NCBI GenBank assembly: GCA_027067575.1 | Contig: JAMOVQ010000012.1 | Coordinates: 1-63,990, forward strand | Source of the DNA: Thermoanaerobaculia bacterium | GTDB taxonomy: Bacteria > Acidobacteriota > Thermoanaerobaculia > Thermoanaerobaculales > Sulfomarinibacteraceae | Direction: 5' to 3' | DNA: 63,990 nucleotides | Part shown: piece by piece, positions 1-9,012 of the stretch | Layout: the number at the start of each line of letters is the position of its first letter | Position numbering within the stretch: the first letter of the stretch is position 1 | Made by a program: the position numbers and the translations under genes | Notes under the pieces: model-generated | Databases searched by the model: none | Seen by the model: only the letters and a program-made list of their open reading frames with translations | What the model was told of the DNA's origin: nothing

Positions 1-285
1 CTTCTCCAAGTGTGGCGAACCCCGGCGAACGTCCCGGCGCCGTAGCCACGATCACCCAAGGCGCCGGCCCTTCGAAACCCGTGACACGGGCCCAGCCGTC
101 CGCGTTGGTGAGGGCGTGCGGCAAGGCCTGGTGGCATTGTACCCGTCATGATCTTCATGGCAGCGTGGATCGGGCCGCCAGCGCTTCCGCTGGACGCCCC
201 CCGTTCCCTGGTGCAGAATGGGGCGGGTTGAGGAGGTATGCGATGACGATCCATCACGCGGGCGAGGCCGGAGCCGGGGAACGCG

Positions 286-1782
286 GTGAACGCTGAACCG
301 CTCCCCGGCCGCCGGCGCTTCCTCGAGCTCGCCCGGGACCACGATGTGGTGCCGGTCGTGCTCGAGCTGACCTCGGACACGGTGACACCGTACCTGGCGT
401 GGCGGCGCCTGGCCCGCCGGGGCCGGAACCCGTTCCTGCTGGAGAGCGTCGAGGGCGGCGAGCGGACCGCCCGGTACTCCTTCGCCGGGATCGATCCGTG
501 CTCCGTGGTGGAGATCCGCGGCGGCACGGCGTTCGTTGACGGGGCCCCGCGGGAGGGCGATCCGGTCCGCGTGCTGCGGGAGGCCGCCGACTGGGGGACC
601 GTCGCCCCGGTGGAGGGTACGCCGCCGTTCGCCGGCGGTGCGCTGGGGTACCTGGGGTACGATGCCGTCCGGCTCGTCGAAGCGATCCCCGACACGGGGC
701 GGGACGAGGACGGCCTGCCCGAGGCGTGGTTCGGGATCTACGATGCCGTGGTGGCCGTGGACCACGCCCGGCAGCGGCTGATCCTGACCGTGGCCACCCG
801 CCCGGGGAACGGCCCGGCGGCCGCCTGGGAGGCCGCGATGGAGCGGCTCGAACGGCTCCGGGAGGCCGTCCAGCCCCCCGGCGACGAGGCGCCGCCCCGG
901 CCCGTTCCCGCTGTCGCCCCGCCGGCGGCCGGCGAATGGGCCGCGACGCCTTCCGCACCCCGGTACCTGGAGGCCGTGGCCCGGGCGAAGGAGGCCATCG
1001 CCGCGGGGGAGATCTTCCAGGTCGTGCTGTCCCGGCGGTTCCGGAAGCTGCCGGACTGCACCGTGGCCGAGATCTACCGGATGCTCCGGCTGACCAACCC
1101 GTCGCCGTACATGTTCCTGCTGGACACGGGGACGGCTCGGGTCGCCGGCGCGAGCCCCGAGATGCTCGTTCAGGTCCGGGACGGCGTGGCCCGGACCTGC
1201 CCCATCGCCGGAACCCGGCCCCGGGGCGCGACGCCCGGGGAGGACGCCCGGCTGGCCGCGGAGCTCCTGGCGGACCCCAAGGAGCGCGCCGAGCACGTGA
1301 TGCTCGTGGACCTGGGCCGCAACGACATCGGCCGGATCGCCGAGCCCGGAACGGTCCGGCTCGCGCGGGAGATGGTGATCGAGCGGTACAGCCACGTGAT
1401 GCACATCGTCAGCGAGGTGGAGGGCCGGCTGCGGGAAGGGCTCGACGCCTGGGACGCCCTGATGGCGTGCTTCCCGGCGGGCACCCTGACCGGCGCGCCG
1501 AAGGTCCGGGCGATGGAGATCATCGACGAGCTGGAAGGGGTCCGGAGGGGCCCCTACGGCGGCGCCATCGCCTACCGGACGTTCGGGGGCGACCTGGACT
1601 CGTGCATCACCATCCGCACACTGATCGAACGGGGCGGTGTGGTGCAGGTGCAGGCGGGCGCGGGGATCGTGCACGATTCGGTGCCCGAACGCGAGCTCGA
1701 GGAATGCCTCAACAAGGCCCGGGCGCTGATGCAGGCCGTGGCCATGGCCGAGGCGGCCGCCGGGAGCGGGGTGGACGGATGA
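286..1782 (+). CDS. trpE: Anthranilate synthase component I
   Basis: LLESVEGGERTARYS, GEIFQVVLS, NPSPYM, PIAGTRPRG, EHVMLVDLGRND, FPAGTLTGAPK motifs; first gene of the trp cluster. Confidence 0.95.
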   Translation: MNAEPLPGRRRFLELARDHDVVPVVLELTSDTVTPYLAWRRLARRGRNPFLLESVEGGERTARYSFAGIDPCSVVEIRGGTAFVDGAPREGDPVRVLREAADWGTVAPVEGTPPFAGGALGYLGYDAVRLVEAIPDTGRDEDGLPEAWFGIYDAVVAVDHARQRLILTVATRPGNGPAAAWEAAMERLERLREAVQPPGDEAPPRPVPAVAPPAAGEWAATPSAPRYLEAVARAKEAIAAGEIFQVVLSRRFRKLPDCTVAEIYRMLRLTNPSPYMFLLDTGTARVAGASPEMLVQVRDGVARTCPIAGTRPRGATPGEDARLAAELLADPKERAEHVMLVDLGRNDIGRIAEPGTVRLAREMVIERYSHVMHIVSEVEGRLREGLDAWDALMACFPAGTLTGAPKVRAMEIIDELEGVRRGPYGGAIAYRTFGGDLDSCITIRTLIERGGVVQVQAGAGIVHDSVPERELEECLNKARALMQAVAMAEAAAGSGVDG

Positions 1783-2381
1783 TCCTGATGCTCGACAACT
1801 ACGACTCGTTCACGCACAACGTGGTCCAGGAGATCGCCGTGCTGACATCCGAGCCCGTCGAGGTCGTGCGCAACGACCGGGAGGGCGTCGCGTCCCTGCT
1901 CGGGCGCGCCCCGCGGGCCATCGTGATCTCCCCGGGACCCGGCACCCCGGAACGGGCCGGCGTCACCATGGAGCTGATCCGCGAGGCGGCAGACGTTCCG
2001 CTGCTGGGGATCTGCCTGGGGCACCAGGCGCTGGCCGCCGTCCACGGGGGACGGGTCGTCCGGGGCGGCGAGCCCGTCCACGGCAAGACCTCCCCGATCC
2101 GCCACGACGGCCGCGGGCTGTTCGAGGGCGTCCCCGACCCGTTCGAGGCGACCCGCTACCACTCCCTCGTGGTGGACCCGGACTCGGTCCCGCCCGCGCT
2201 GGAGGTGACGGCGTGGACCGGGGACGGCGTGGTCATGGGGCTCCGGCACCGGGAGCGGCCGCACCGGTCGGTCCAGTTCCACCCCGAGTCGTACCTCACC
2301 CGCGCGGGGCTCGCCATCCTGGCCAACTTCCTGCGGCTGGCGGGGGTTCCGGTCCGGAACGGCGTGGAGGCGGTGTCGTGA
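1779..2381 (+). CDS. trpG: Anthranilate synthase component II (glutamine amidotransferase)
   Basis: ATG at 1779 overlaps the trpE stop (ATGA); DNYDSFT, ISPGPGTP, LGICLGHQ, RYHSL, QFHPES. Confidence 0.95.
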   Translation: MILMLDNYDSFTHNVVQEIAVLTSEPVEVVRNDREGVASLLGRAPRAIVISPGPGTPERAGVTMELIREAADVPLLGICLGHQALAAVHGGRVVRGGEPVHGKTSPIRHDGRGLFEGVPDPFEATRYHSLVVDPDSVPPALEVTAWTGDGVVMGLRHRERPHRSVQFHPESYLTRAGLAILANFLRLAGVPVRNGVEAVS

Positions 2382-3409
2382 AGGCGCTGCTGGACCGCCT
2401 GCTGGCCGGGGAGGTCCTGGCCCCCGCCGAGATGGAGGGCGCCATCGGAGCGATCATGGGGGGAGAGGTCCCCGACGCCGCGGTGGCGGGGTTCCTGATC
2501 GCCCTCCGGGCCCGGGGCGAGACGGGGGAGGAGATCGCCGCCGCCGCACGGGTGATGCGCCGTCACGCCGTTCCGGTTCCCGTCGGCGATCCGGAGGCCG
2601 CCGTGGACACCTGCGGCACGGGGGGGGACGCCTCGGGCACGATCAACGTCTCGACCGCCGCGGCGCTCGTGGCCGCGGCCGCCGGCGTCCCCGTGGCCAA
2701 GCACGGCAACCGCTCGGTCTCCTCGCGGTGCGGTTCCGCCGACGTGCTGGAGGCGTGCGGCGTGCGGCTCGACCTCGATCCGGAGGTGCTGGGCCGGCTG
2801 GTGGACGAGGTGGGGATCGCGTTCCTGTTCGCGCCCCGTCTTCACCCGGCCATGGGTGCGGTGATGCCCGTGCGCCGTGCACTGGGCGTCCGGACCGTGT
2901 TCAACATGCTGGGGCCCCTGACCAACCCCGCCGGCGTTCGCCGGCAGGTCGTGGGCGTCTGGTCGCCGGAGCTCGTGGATCTGATCGCCGAGGCGCTCGC
3001 GGGGCTCGGGGCCGTCCACGCCCTGGTGGTCCACGGTCTCGAGGGGCTCGACGAGCTGTCTGTCTGCGGCCCGTCCCTGGTGGCCGAGGTGCGCGACGGC
3101 CGGGTGGTGCGGCGTTTCCGGATCGAGCCCGGGGACGCCGGTGCCCCCCGCGGCCGGCTCGAGGCGCTCCGTGGCGGCGACGTGGCCGAGAACGCCCGGC
3201 GGCTGGAGGCGATCCTCGGCGGACGGGAGGAGGGCGCGGCGGCCGACGCCGTGGCACTCAACGCCGGAGCGGCGCTCCTCGTGGCGGGGCGGGTCGCGGA
3301 CCTCCGGGAGGGGTTCGCCGCGGCCCGGGAGATCGTGGTGTCGGGTGCGGCGCTCGAGGCCCTGCGGACCCTGGCCCGGCGATCCGGGGAGGTCGCCGGC
3401 GATGGCTGA
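2378..3409 (+). CDS. trpD: Anthranilate phosphoribosyltransferase
   Basis: GTG overlaps the trpG stop (GTGA); DTCGTGGD, NVST, KHGNRSVSSRCGSAD, NMLGPLTNP, GLDE. Confidence 0.95.
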   Translation: MKALLDRLLAGEVLAPAEMEGAIGAIMGGEVPDAAVAGFLIALRARGETGEEIAAAARVMRRHAVPVPVGDPEAAVDTCGTGGDASGTINVSTAAALVAAAAGVPVAKHGNRSVSSRCGSADVLEACGVRLDLDPEVLGRLVDEVGIAFLFAPRLHPAMGAVMPVRRALGVRTVFNMLGPLTNPAGVRRQVVGVWSPELVDLIAEALAGLGAVHALVVHGLEGLDELSVCGPSLVAEVRDGRVVRRFRIEPGDAGAPRGRLEALRGGDVAENARRLEAILGGREEGAAADAVALNAGAALLVAGRVADLREGFAAAREIVVSGAALEALRTLARRSGEVAGDG

Positions 3410-4193
3410 GGGGATCCTCGAACGGATCGTGGAGACGGTGCTCCTGAAGCTGGAGGAGACCCCGCCGCGGGACGACCTGGAGGTGCTCGCCGAGGAGGCC
3501 GCACTGGAGCGCCGGCGCGAGGGGCCACGATCGCTGGCCGCGGCGCTGAGCGGGCTGGGGCCCGCGGTGATCGCGGAGTGCAAGCGCGCCTCGCCGTCGG
3601 CGGGGTTCCTCCGGGAGCCGTTCGACCCCGTGGCGCTGGCGCGGGCGTACGAGGCGGCGGGCGCCGCCGCCGTCTCGGTGGTCACGGAACCCGACTTCTT
3701 CCGTGGCGACCCCGCGTGGATCCGGCGGGTCCGTCGCGCCGTCTCGCTGCCCGTGCTCCGCAAGGATTTCATCGTCACCCGCCGGCAGGTGCTCGAGAGC
3801 GCCGTGCTCGGCGCCGACGCCATCCTCCTGATCCAGAGGCTCCTCGACCCCGGGCAGCTCGAGGAACTCCTCCTGACGGCCAGGGAGCTCGGCCTCGACG
3901 TGCTGCTCGAGATCTTCGCCGACGAGGACCCGGCGCCCGCCGTGGCGTCGGGCGCGCCGGTCATCGGCGTCAACGCCCGGGACCTGGCGACGTTCGCCAC
4001 CGACCTCGACGCCGTGGAGGCGAAGGCCACGGCCATCCCGGCGGACCGGATCCGCGTGGCCGAGAGCGGGATCCGTTCCGCGGCGGACCTGCGCCGCCTC
4101 CACCGCGCCGGGTACGGCGCCTTCCTCGTGGGCGAACACCTCGTGCGCTCGCCCGACCCCGGTGCGGCCCTCCGGGAGCTCCTGACGCCCTGA
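3402..4193 (+). CDS. trpC: Indole-3-glycerol phosphate synthase
   Basis: Start MAEGILERIV at 3402; IAECKRASPS, SVVTEPDFF, VLRKDFI, IGVNARDL, VAESGI. Confidence 0.95.
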   Translation: MAEGILERIVETVLLKLEETPPRDDLEVLAEEAALERRREGPRSLAAALSGLGPAVIAECKRASPSAGFLREPFDPVALARAYEAAGAAAVSVVTEPDFFRGDPAWIRRVRRAVSLPVLRKDFIVTRRQVLESAVLGADAILLIQRLLDPGQLEELLLTARELGLDVLLEIFADEDPAPAVASGAPVIGVNARDLATFATDLDAVEAKATAIPADRIRVAESGIRSAADLRRLHRAGYGAFLVGEHLVRSPDPGAALRELLTP

Positions 4194-4220
4194 TCCGAGG
4201 CCGCTGCGCCTTCTTCTTCC

Positions 4221-4345
4221 TGTCACTGCGAGGACCCGCAGGGCCCAAAGCAACCGCTCGCAGCTCGGCTCGCGTTCCGGCCGGGACACCCCCCGGCGCG
4301 AACCCTGCCGCGAGGGATCGCCACGGCGGTCGCCTCGCGATGACA
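4221..4345. repeat. REP-like palindromic element (TGTCACTGCGAGG...CCTCGCGATGACA)
   Basis: 13-bp imperfect terminal inverted repeats enclosing ...AAGCAACC...GGATCGCCACGG..., resembling the widespread GTCATTGCGAG...CTCGCAATGAC extragenic palindromes. Confidence 0.6.
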
Positions 4346-4615
4346 TGGAGAGGACGGGAGGGGTGTGGCCGTGACGGTGACCGTGTCGGTGAGGGCGCCC
4401 GTGCTCGTGTCCGTGCCCGATGGAGAGGTCCCCGCGAGGGCCCACCGTGCCCGCAGCGAGCAGGAGGCGAGGCATTCCATCCGTTTCTGCCCGCACCCCG
4501 TCTCCTCGGCCCGGAAAGGGCTCGGTGCGACGGCCTCGATCCGCCCGGACATGGCCGGATGGTCATACGGTGGTGTATCCTGTCGCCGCCGCAAGGGCGC
4601 GGCAGGGAGGTACGG

Positions 4616-6067
4616 ATGTTCCGGTCCCATCGTCGCACGCTGGTGTTGGGGTTCTTCGCGCTGCTCGCGGTCCTCGTCTTCCCGGGCATGGCCATGGCGG
4701 GCGAAGGGGCGGCGGGGCACGACCTCGGGGCGGCCCTGCCGCTGTGGTCGGTGATCCCGTTTGCCGGGATCCTGCTCTCCATCGCGATCTTTCCGCTGGT
4801 GGCTCCCGAGTTCTGGCACCACCACTTCCCGAAGATCTCGGCGGCGTGGGCGCTGCTGTTCGCCGTGCCGTTCGTGGTCGTCTACCACAGCGAGGCGATG
4901 CACGAGATCCTCCACATCTACATCCTCGACTATATCCCGTTCATCATCCTGCTGTGGGCGCTGTTCACAGTGGCCGGGGGCATCCTGATCCGGGGCTCGT
5001 TCAACGGCACTCCGGTCCTCAACACGATCTTCCTGTTCATCGGGACGATCATCGCCTCGTGGGTCGGGACCACCGGTGCCGCGATGCTCCTCATCCGGCC
5101 GGTGATCCGGGCCAACGCCCGCCGCGCCCACAAGGTGCATACCATCGTCTTCTTCATCTTCCTCGTGGCCAACATCGGCGGTTCCCTGACCCCGCTCGGC
5201 GACCCGCCGCTGTTCCTCGGGTTCCTGCACGGCGTGCCGTTCTTCTGGACGTTCAACATCATCGCCGAGACGGGGCTCGTGGCTGGAATCCTGCTCGTGA
5301 TCTACTTCCTCCTCGACCTGTACTGGTGGAAGAAGGAGACCAACGCAGCCCAGCAGCCCCACGACGGGCCGAAGGAACGGCTGAAGATCGAGGGGCTTCA
5401 CAACCTGATCTTCCTGGGCGGCATCCTGGGCGGCGTGCTGCTCTCCGGCATGTGGCACCCGGGCCAGGTGGAGATCCTCGGCGTCCACCAGCACATCGAG
5501 AACATCGTCCGGGACGGGATCCTGATCGTCATGGGTCTGCTGTCCATGGTCACGACGAAGAAGCAGATCCGGGAGGACAACGGGTTCACCTGGTTCCCGA
5601 TCCTCGAGGTCGCCTACCTGTTCGCCGGGATCTTCATGACCATCGTCCCGGCGCTGGCGATCCTCAAGGCGGGGGAGCACGGCGCCCTGGCCGGCCTCGT
5701 CAGGGCGGTCAACGATCCGGTCCACTTCTTCTGGGCCACGGGGATCCTCTCCTCGTTCCTGGACAACGCGCCGACCTACCTGACGTTCCTCAACACGGCG
5801 CTGGGCCGGTTCTTCCCCGGCATGGCGGAGCGGGAGGCGATCCACTCGCTGATCGCCCACCACGAGCTGTTCCTGAAGGCGATCTCCACCGGGGCGGTCT
5901 ACATGGGCGCCAACACATACATCGGCAACGCGCCGAACTTCATGGTCAAGTCCATCGCCGAGGAGAACGGCGTGGAGATGCCCAGCTTCTTCGGCTACAT
6001 GCTGAAGTATTCGCTGGTGTTCCTGATCCCGACATTTATCCTCGTGACGTTCGTCTTCTTCATGTGA
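4616..6067 (+). CDS. Ion-transporter superfamily membrane protein (CitMHS_2-like; commonly annotated sodium:proton antiporter)
   Basis: GGGAGG SD then ATG 4616; many TM helices; ANIGGSLTPLGDPPLFLG, LSSFLDNAPTYL, TYIGNAPNFMVK motifs. Confidence 0.85.
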   Translation: MFRSHRRTLVLGFFALLAVLVFPGMAMAGEGAAGHDLGAALPLWSVIPFAGILLSIAIFPLVAPEFWHHHFPKISAAWALLFAVPFVVVYHSEAMHEILHIYILDYIPFIILLWALFTVAGGILIRGSFNGTPVLNTIFLFIGTIIASWVGTTGAAMLLIRPVIRANARRAHKVHTIVFFIFLVANIGGSLTPLGDPPLFLGFLHGVPFFWTFNIIAETGLVAGILLVIYFLLDLYWWKKETNAAQQPHDGPKERLKIEGLHNLIFLGGILGGVLLSGMWHPGQVEILGVHQHIENIVRDGILIVMGLLSMVTTKKQIREDNGFTWFPILEVAYLFAGIFMTIVPALAILKAGEHGALAGLVRAVNDPVHFFWATGILSSFLDNAPTYLTFLNTALGRFFPGMAEREAIHSLIAHHELFLKAISTGAVYMGANTYIGNAPNFMVKSIAEENGVEMPSFFGYMLKYSLVFLIPTFILVTFVFFM

Positions 6068-6077
6068 GGAGGTTCCC

Positions 6078-6653
6078 ATGAGCGAGCCGACGCGGTATCT
6101 GGAGATCGAGCTGAACGGTCCGGGCGAGCAGGCGGTGGGGTACGTGGAGGGGTACCGCCTGGGCTCCGGCGAGACGTCCCCGGTCTGGTTCGCAGGCCGC
6201 GAGGAGGTGGACATCCCGGGGTTCTGGGACCGGATCCGCCAGAAGCTCAGCATGGAGAGCCACGTCATCGCCCCCGAGCCGCTGGGCCGGGCGATGATCG
6301 AGGCGCTCGGGCGGTCCGAACTCCTCGAGATCGAGGTGGGTAAGGTGTGGGAGATCGACTACGCCGAGCTGGCCTTTGACTTCGAGGTGTACGATCGGGA
6401 CACCGCGAAGGCCGTCGTCCACGTGCTCAAGGACGACCTGCCCGAGGGCGTCCGGATCGAGGGGTACGAGGTCACCGAGAAAGTCGACGAGAGCGCCAAG
6501 GGACCCGAGCTGTACACGCCGGTACACGACTACGTGCTTTCGGGACGGGGCCGGTACGTCGGGTCGGTCCCCGGGATCCTGGCCATGGCCGACCGCCTGG
6601 CGGACCAGAGCTTCATTCACCCCGACAAGATCAAGCTCCACAGGGTGGAGTGA
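6078..6653 (+). CDS. Hypothetical protein (191 aa), cytoplasmic, in operon with the transporter
   Basis: GAGGAGG SD, high-GC3 codon pattern, stop overlaps the next start (GTGA). Confidence 0.8.
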   Translation: MSEPTRYLEIELNGPGEQAVGYVEGYRLGSGETSPVWFAGREEVDIPGFWDRIRQKLSMESHVIAPEPLGRAMIEALGRSELLEIEVGKVWEIDYAELAFDFEVYDRDTAKAVVHVLKDDLPEGVRIEGYEVTEKVDESAKGPELYTPVHDYVLSGRGRYVGSVPGILAMADRLADQSFIHPDKIKLHRVE

Positions 6654-7417
6654 GGCCGCTCGTCCTCCTGACCGACTTCGGCACGGCCGACCACTACACC
6701 GGCGTGCTCCACGCCGTCATCGAGCGGGATGCGCCCGGCGCGGCCCGGATCGACCTGACGCACGAGATCCCCCCCGGCGACGTGTGGGCCGCCTGCTTCA
6801 TGCTCCGGGCCGCCTGGCCGCACCTGCCGCCGGACGCCGTGGTGCTGGCCGTGGTGGACCCCGGTGTCGGGACCGGCCGGCGTGCCGTGGCGGTGGAGGC
6901 CGGCGGCCGGTGGCTCGTGGCGCCGGACAACGGCCTCGCCGCGGCGCCCGGACCGCCCGGCCGCGTGATCGACCTCGACGCCCGGGCCATGGGACTGCCC
7001 GAGCCGTCGGCCACGTTCCACGGCCGGGACCTGTTCGCCCCGGCCGCAGCCCGGCTGGCCCGTGGGGACACTCCCGGTTCGCTGGGGACCGAGGGACCGT
7101 CCGACCTCGTTCCGGCGCCGCTCCCCGAACCGGTCCGGGAGCCCGGCGGGAGCGTCCGGGGCGCCATCCTCCACGTGGACCGGTTCGGGAACGCCGTCAC
7201 CAACGTCCCGGCGGCCTGGTTCCCGGGCCCGGTGGAGGTCCGCTGCGGAGACGCCACCGTCCGGATCCGAGTCCGGATCTACGGCGACGCACCGGCCGAC
7301 ACCCCCGTGGTCCTGGCCGGGTCCTCCGGCCTGCTCGAGATCGCCGTCGCGGGCGGATCCGCCGCGGACCACCTCGGCCTGGGCCGAGGCGACACCGCCA
7401 TCGTCAGATCGGCGTAA
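6650..7417 (+). CDS. SAM hydroxide adenosyltransferase / SAM hydrolase (DUF62, chlorinase/fluorinase superfamily)
   Basis: LLTDFG, DLTHEI, VVDPGVGTGRR, APDNG, TFHGRDLFAP, VDRFGN motifs; Asp-Arg-His triad of the hydrolase branch. Confidence 0.9.
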   Translation: MRPLVLLTDFGTADHYTGVLHAVIERDAPGAARIDLTHEIPPGDVWAACFMLRAAWPHLPPDAVVLAVVDPGVGTGRRAVAVEAGGRWLVAPDNGLAAAPGPPGRVIDLDARAMGLPEPSATFHGRDLFAPAAARLARGDTPGSLGTEGPSDLVPAPLPEPVREPGGSVRGAILHVDRFGNAVTNVPAAWFPGPVEVRCGDATVRIRVRIYGDAPADTPVVLAGSSGLLEIAVAGGSAADHLGLGRGDTAIVRSA

Positions 7418-7469
7418 CGCCCAAGCCCTCACCAACTTCACGGGGAGAGTATCCCTTGTTTGGTTGTTC

Positions 7470-8963
7470 TCACCGACTCTCAATGAGGGGAGTGTCCCCT
7501 CGACTTTCCCTCGACAACTGCGAAGGGAGTGTCCCCTCGACCCGCCGGGCGATGACGGGGAAGAACGGGTTGTACCGCAGCCGGTTGAGCAGGGACGTCG
7601 GGAGCTGGAGCTGGCGGGTCTCACCCTTGAGCCGGAGCGAGCCCAGGGGGAGCAGGCGGTCCGAGTCCGGAGCCGTCCCGTCGCCGTAGATCGGATCGTC
7701 CGGCGGGAAGGGAACCGCCACGTGGGAGAGCGAGTAGACCCCCTGCGGCCAGGCCATCCCCGTCTCGTGGATCGTCACCCGCCCGTTGCGCCCGCGCACC
7801 CGCTCGACGACCTCGCGGGTGTCCGAGGCCCGGTTCGTCACCAGCGTCAGGGTGTACGGGGCACCGGACGGATCGAGCCTCCACCCGGCCCGATCCCGGG
7901 CCGCGGACGAGAGGAGGCGAACCGTGCCCGCCAGCCGGTTGACATCGAACAGGACGAGCTCGTTCATCCCTGGGGGCAGGCGATCCATCAGGTCGCGCTG
8001 GAGAGCCGGGGCCGTCACCGTGGCGTCCACCACCGAGACGAACGCGGCCACCGGCGGCATGGACGCCAGGCGCCCCGTCCGGTCGGCGTTCTCGAGCAGC
8101 CGCCGGACAGCCCGGGTACCCCGCCAGCACTCGTAGGTTGCGTTGAACGGGAACGAGCCGTACTTGTACGGGTCCACCTCGGGTTCGATCTCCTGCCAGG
8201 CCGTCCCGCGGAGCGGTCCGATCCAGTCGATCAGACGCACCCAGCGCGTGATCCGTGCCGCCTCCGGGATCGCCACGGCCGGGGAGAGGAGCACCACCCT
8301 GTCCGGGACGCGTCCCTCGCCCGTCGTGAGCCGCTCGAGGGTCAGAGCCAGCGCGATGGTGGCGCCGTTGGAGTACCCCACCACGTGGAACGGGCCGTCA
8401 CCCGCGAGCTCCGCCACACGGCCGGCTGCGATCCGGGCCGCCGCCAGCCAGTCCTCCCAACGAACCCGCCGGAGCGCAGAAGGAGCCGTCCCGTGTCCCG
8501 GCAGCCTGAGCCACACCGCGGCGAAACCGTGCCGGACGTACAGCTCGCCGGTGGCCCGGAGGCTGTACGGGGAGTCGCTGAGCCCGTGGAGGAGGAGGAC
8601 CGCGCCGCGCGACTCCGGCGGCACCTCGACGCGCGTCCGGTTCCAGTTCTGGGGAAAGCGGAACGGATCCGAGGGGCTGCCCGCAACGTACCGGTCGTAG
8701 ATCACCTCTTCGGGCCTGGCGGCCGGACGGACGAGCCGCTTCCGCAACGACTCGAACAGACGGTCCTCCAGCCGGACGTAGGCGTCGAGGTCGGGAACGC
8801 GCTGCGCCGCGTCCGCCGCAGTGAACTCCCGGCCGGGCAGGACCGTCAGCGGGGGCGTGGGATCGGGGCGGGTCGACGTGACCAGCGCCACCCCGAGGAG
8901 AAAACCGGCAGGTACCGCCAGGATGGCAACTGCGCCCCACCGGAGGGTCCGAAAGGCCCACAT
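7470..8963 (-). CDS. Alpha/beta hydrolase with N-terminal membrane anchor (lysophospholipase/esterase-like)
   Basis: LLHGLSDSPY oxyanion motif, GYSNG nucleophile elbow, LSHVAVPF; likely start MWAFRTL at 8963. Confidence 0.8.
   Translation of the reverse strand: MWAFRTLRWGAVAILAVPAGFLLGVALVTSTRPDPTPPLTVLPGREFTAADAAQRVPDLDAYVRLEDRLFESLRKRLVRPAARPEEVIYDRYVAGSPSDPFRFPQNWNRTRVEVPPESRGAVLLLHGLSDSPYSLRATGELYVRHGFAAVWLRLPGHGTAPSALRRVRWEDWLAAARIAAGRVAELAGDGPFHVVGYSNGATIALALTLERLTTGEGRVPDRVVLLSPAVAIPEAARITRWVRLIDWIGPLRGTAWQEIEPEVDPYKYGSFPFNATYECWRGTRAVRRLLENADRTGRLASMPPVAAFVSVVDATVTAPALQRDLMDRLPPGMNELVLFDVNRLAGTVRLLSSAARDRAGWRLDPSGAPYTLTLVTNRASDTREVVERVRGRNGRVTIHETGMAWPQGVYSLSHVAVPFPPDDPIYGDGTAPDSDRLLPLGSLRLKGETRQLQLPTSLLNRLRYNPFFPVIARRVEGTLPSQLSRESRGDTPLIESR
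7487..7536. repeat. Two GGGAGTGTCCCC palindromic units inside the 3' end of the hydrolase CDS
   Basis: Copies at 7487-7499 and 7525-7536; same motif family as the 11.9 kb, 15.5 kb, 47.5 kb and 63 kb copies. Confidence 0.7.
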
Positions 8964-9012
8964 CCGCGCTGCCGCACGGCCGTCCGGTGCGCCCGGCGGA
9001 TCCCCCACCGCC

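Noticed and set aside
4346-4615. Na+/c-di-AMP-type riboswitch before the transporter
   Set aside because: No consensus recognisable by eye; an Rfam/Infernal scan would be needed.
6650-7417. Fluorinase/chlorinase activity
   Set aside because: It carries the TFHGRD/DPGVGxxRR hydrolase signature rather than the halogenase TFYSRE pattern.
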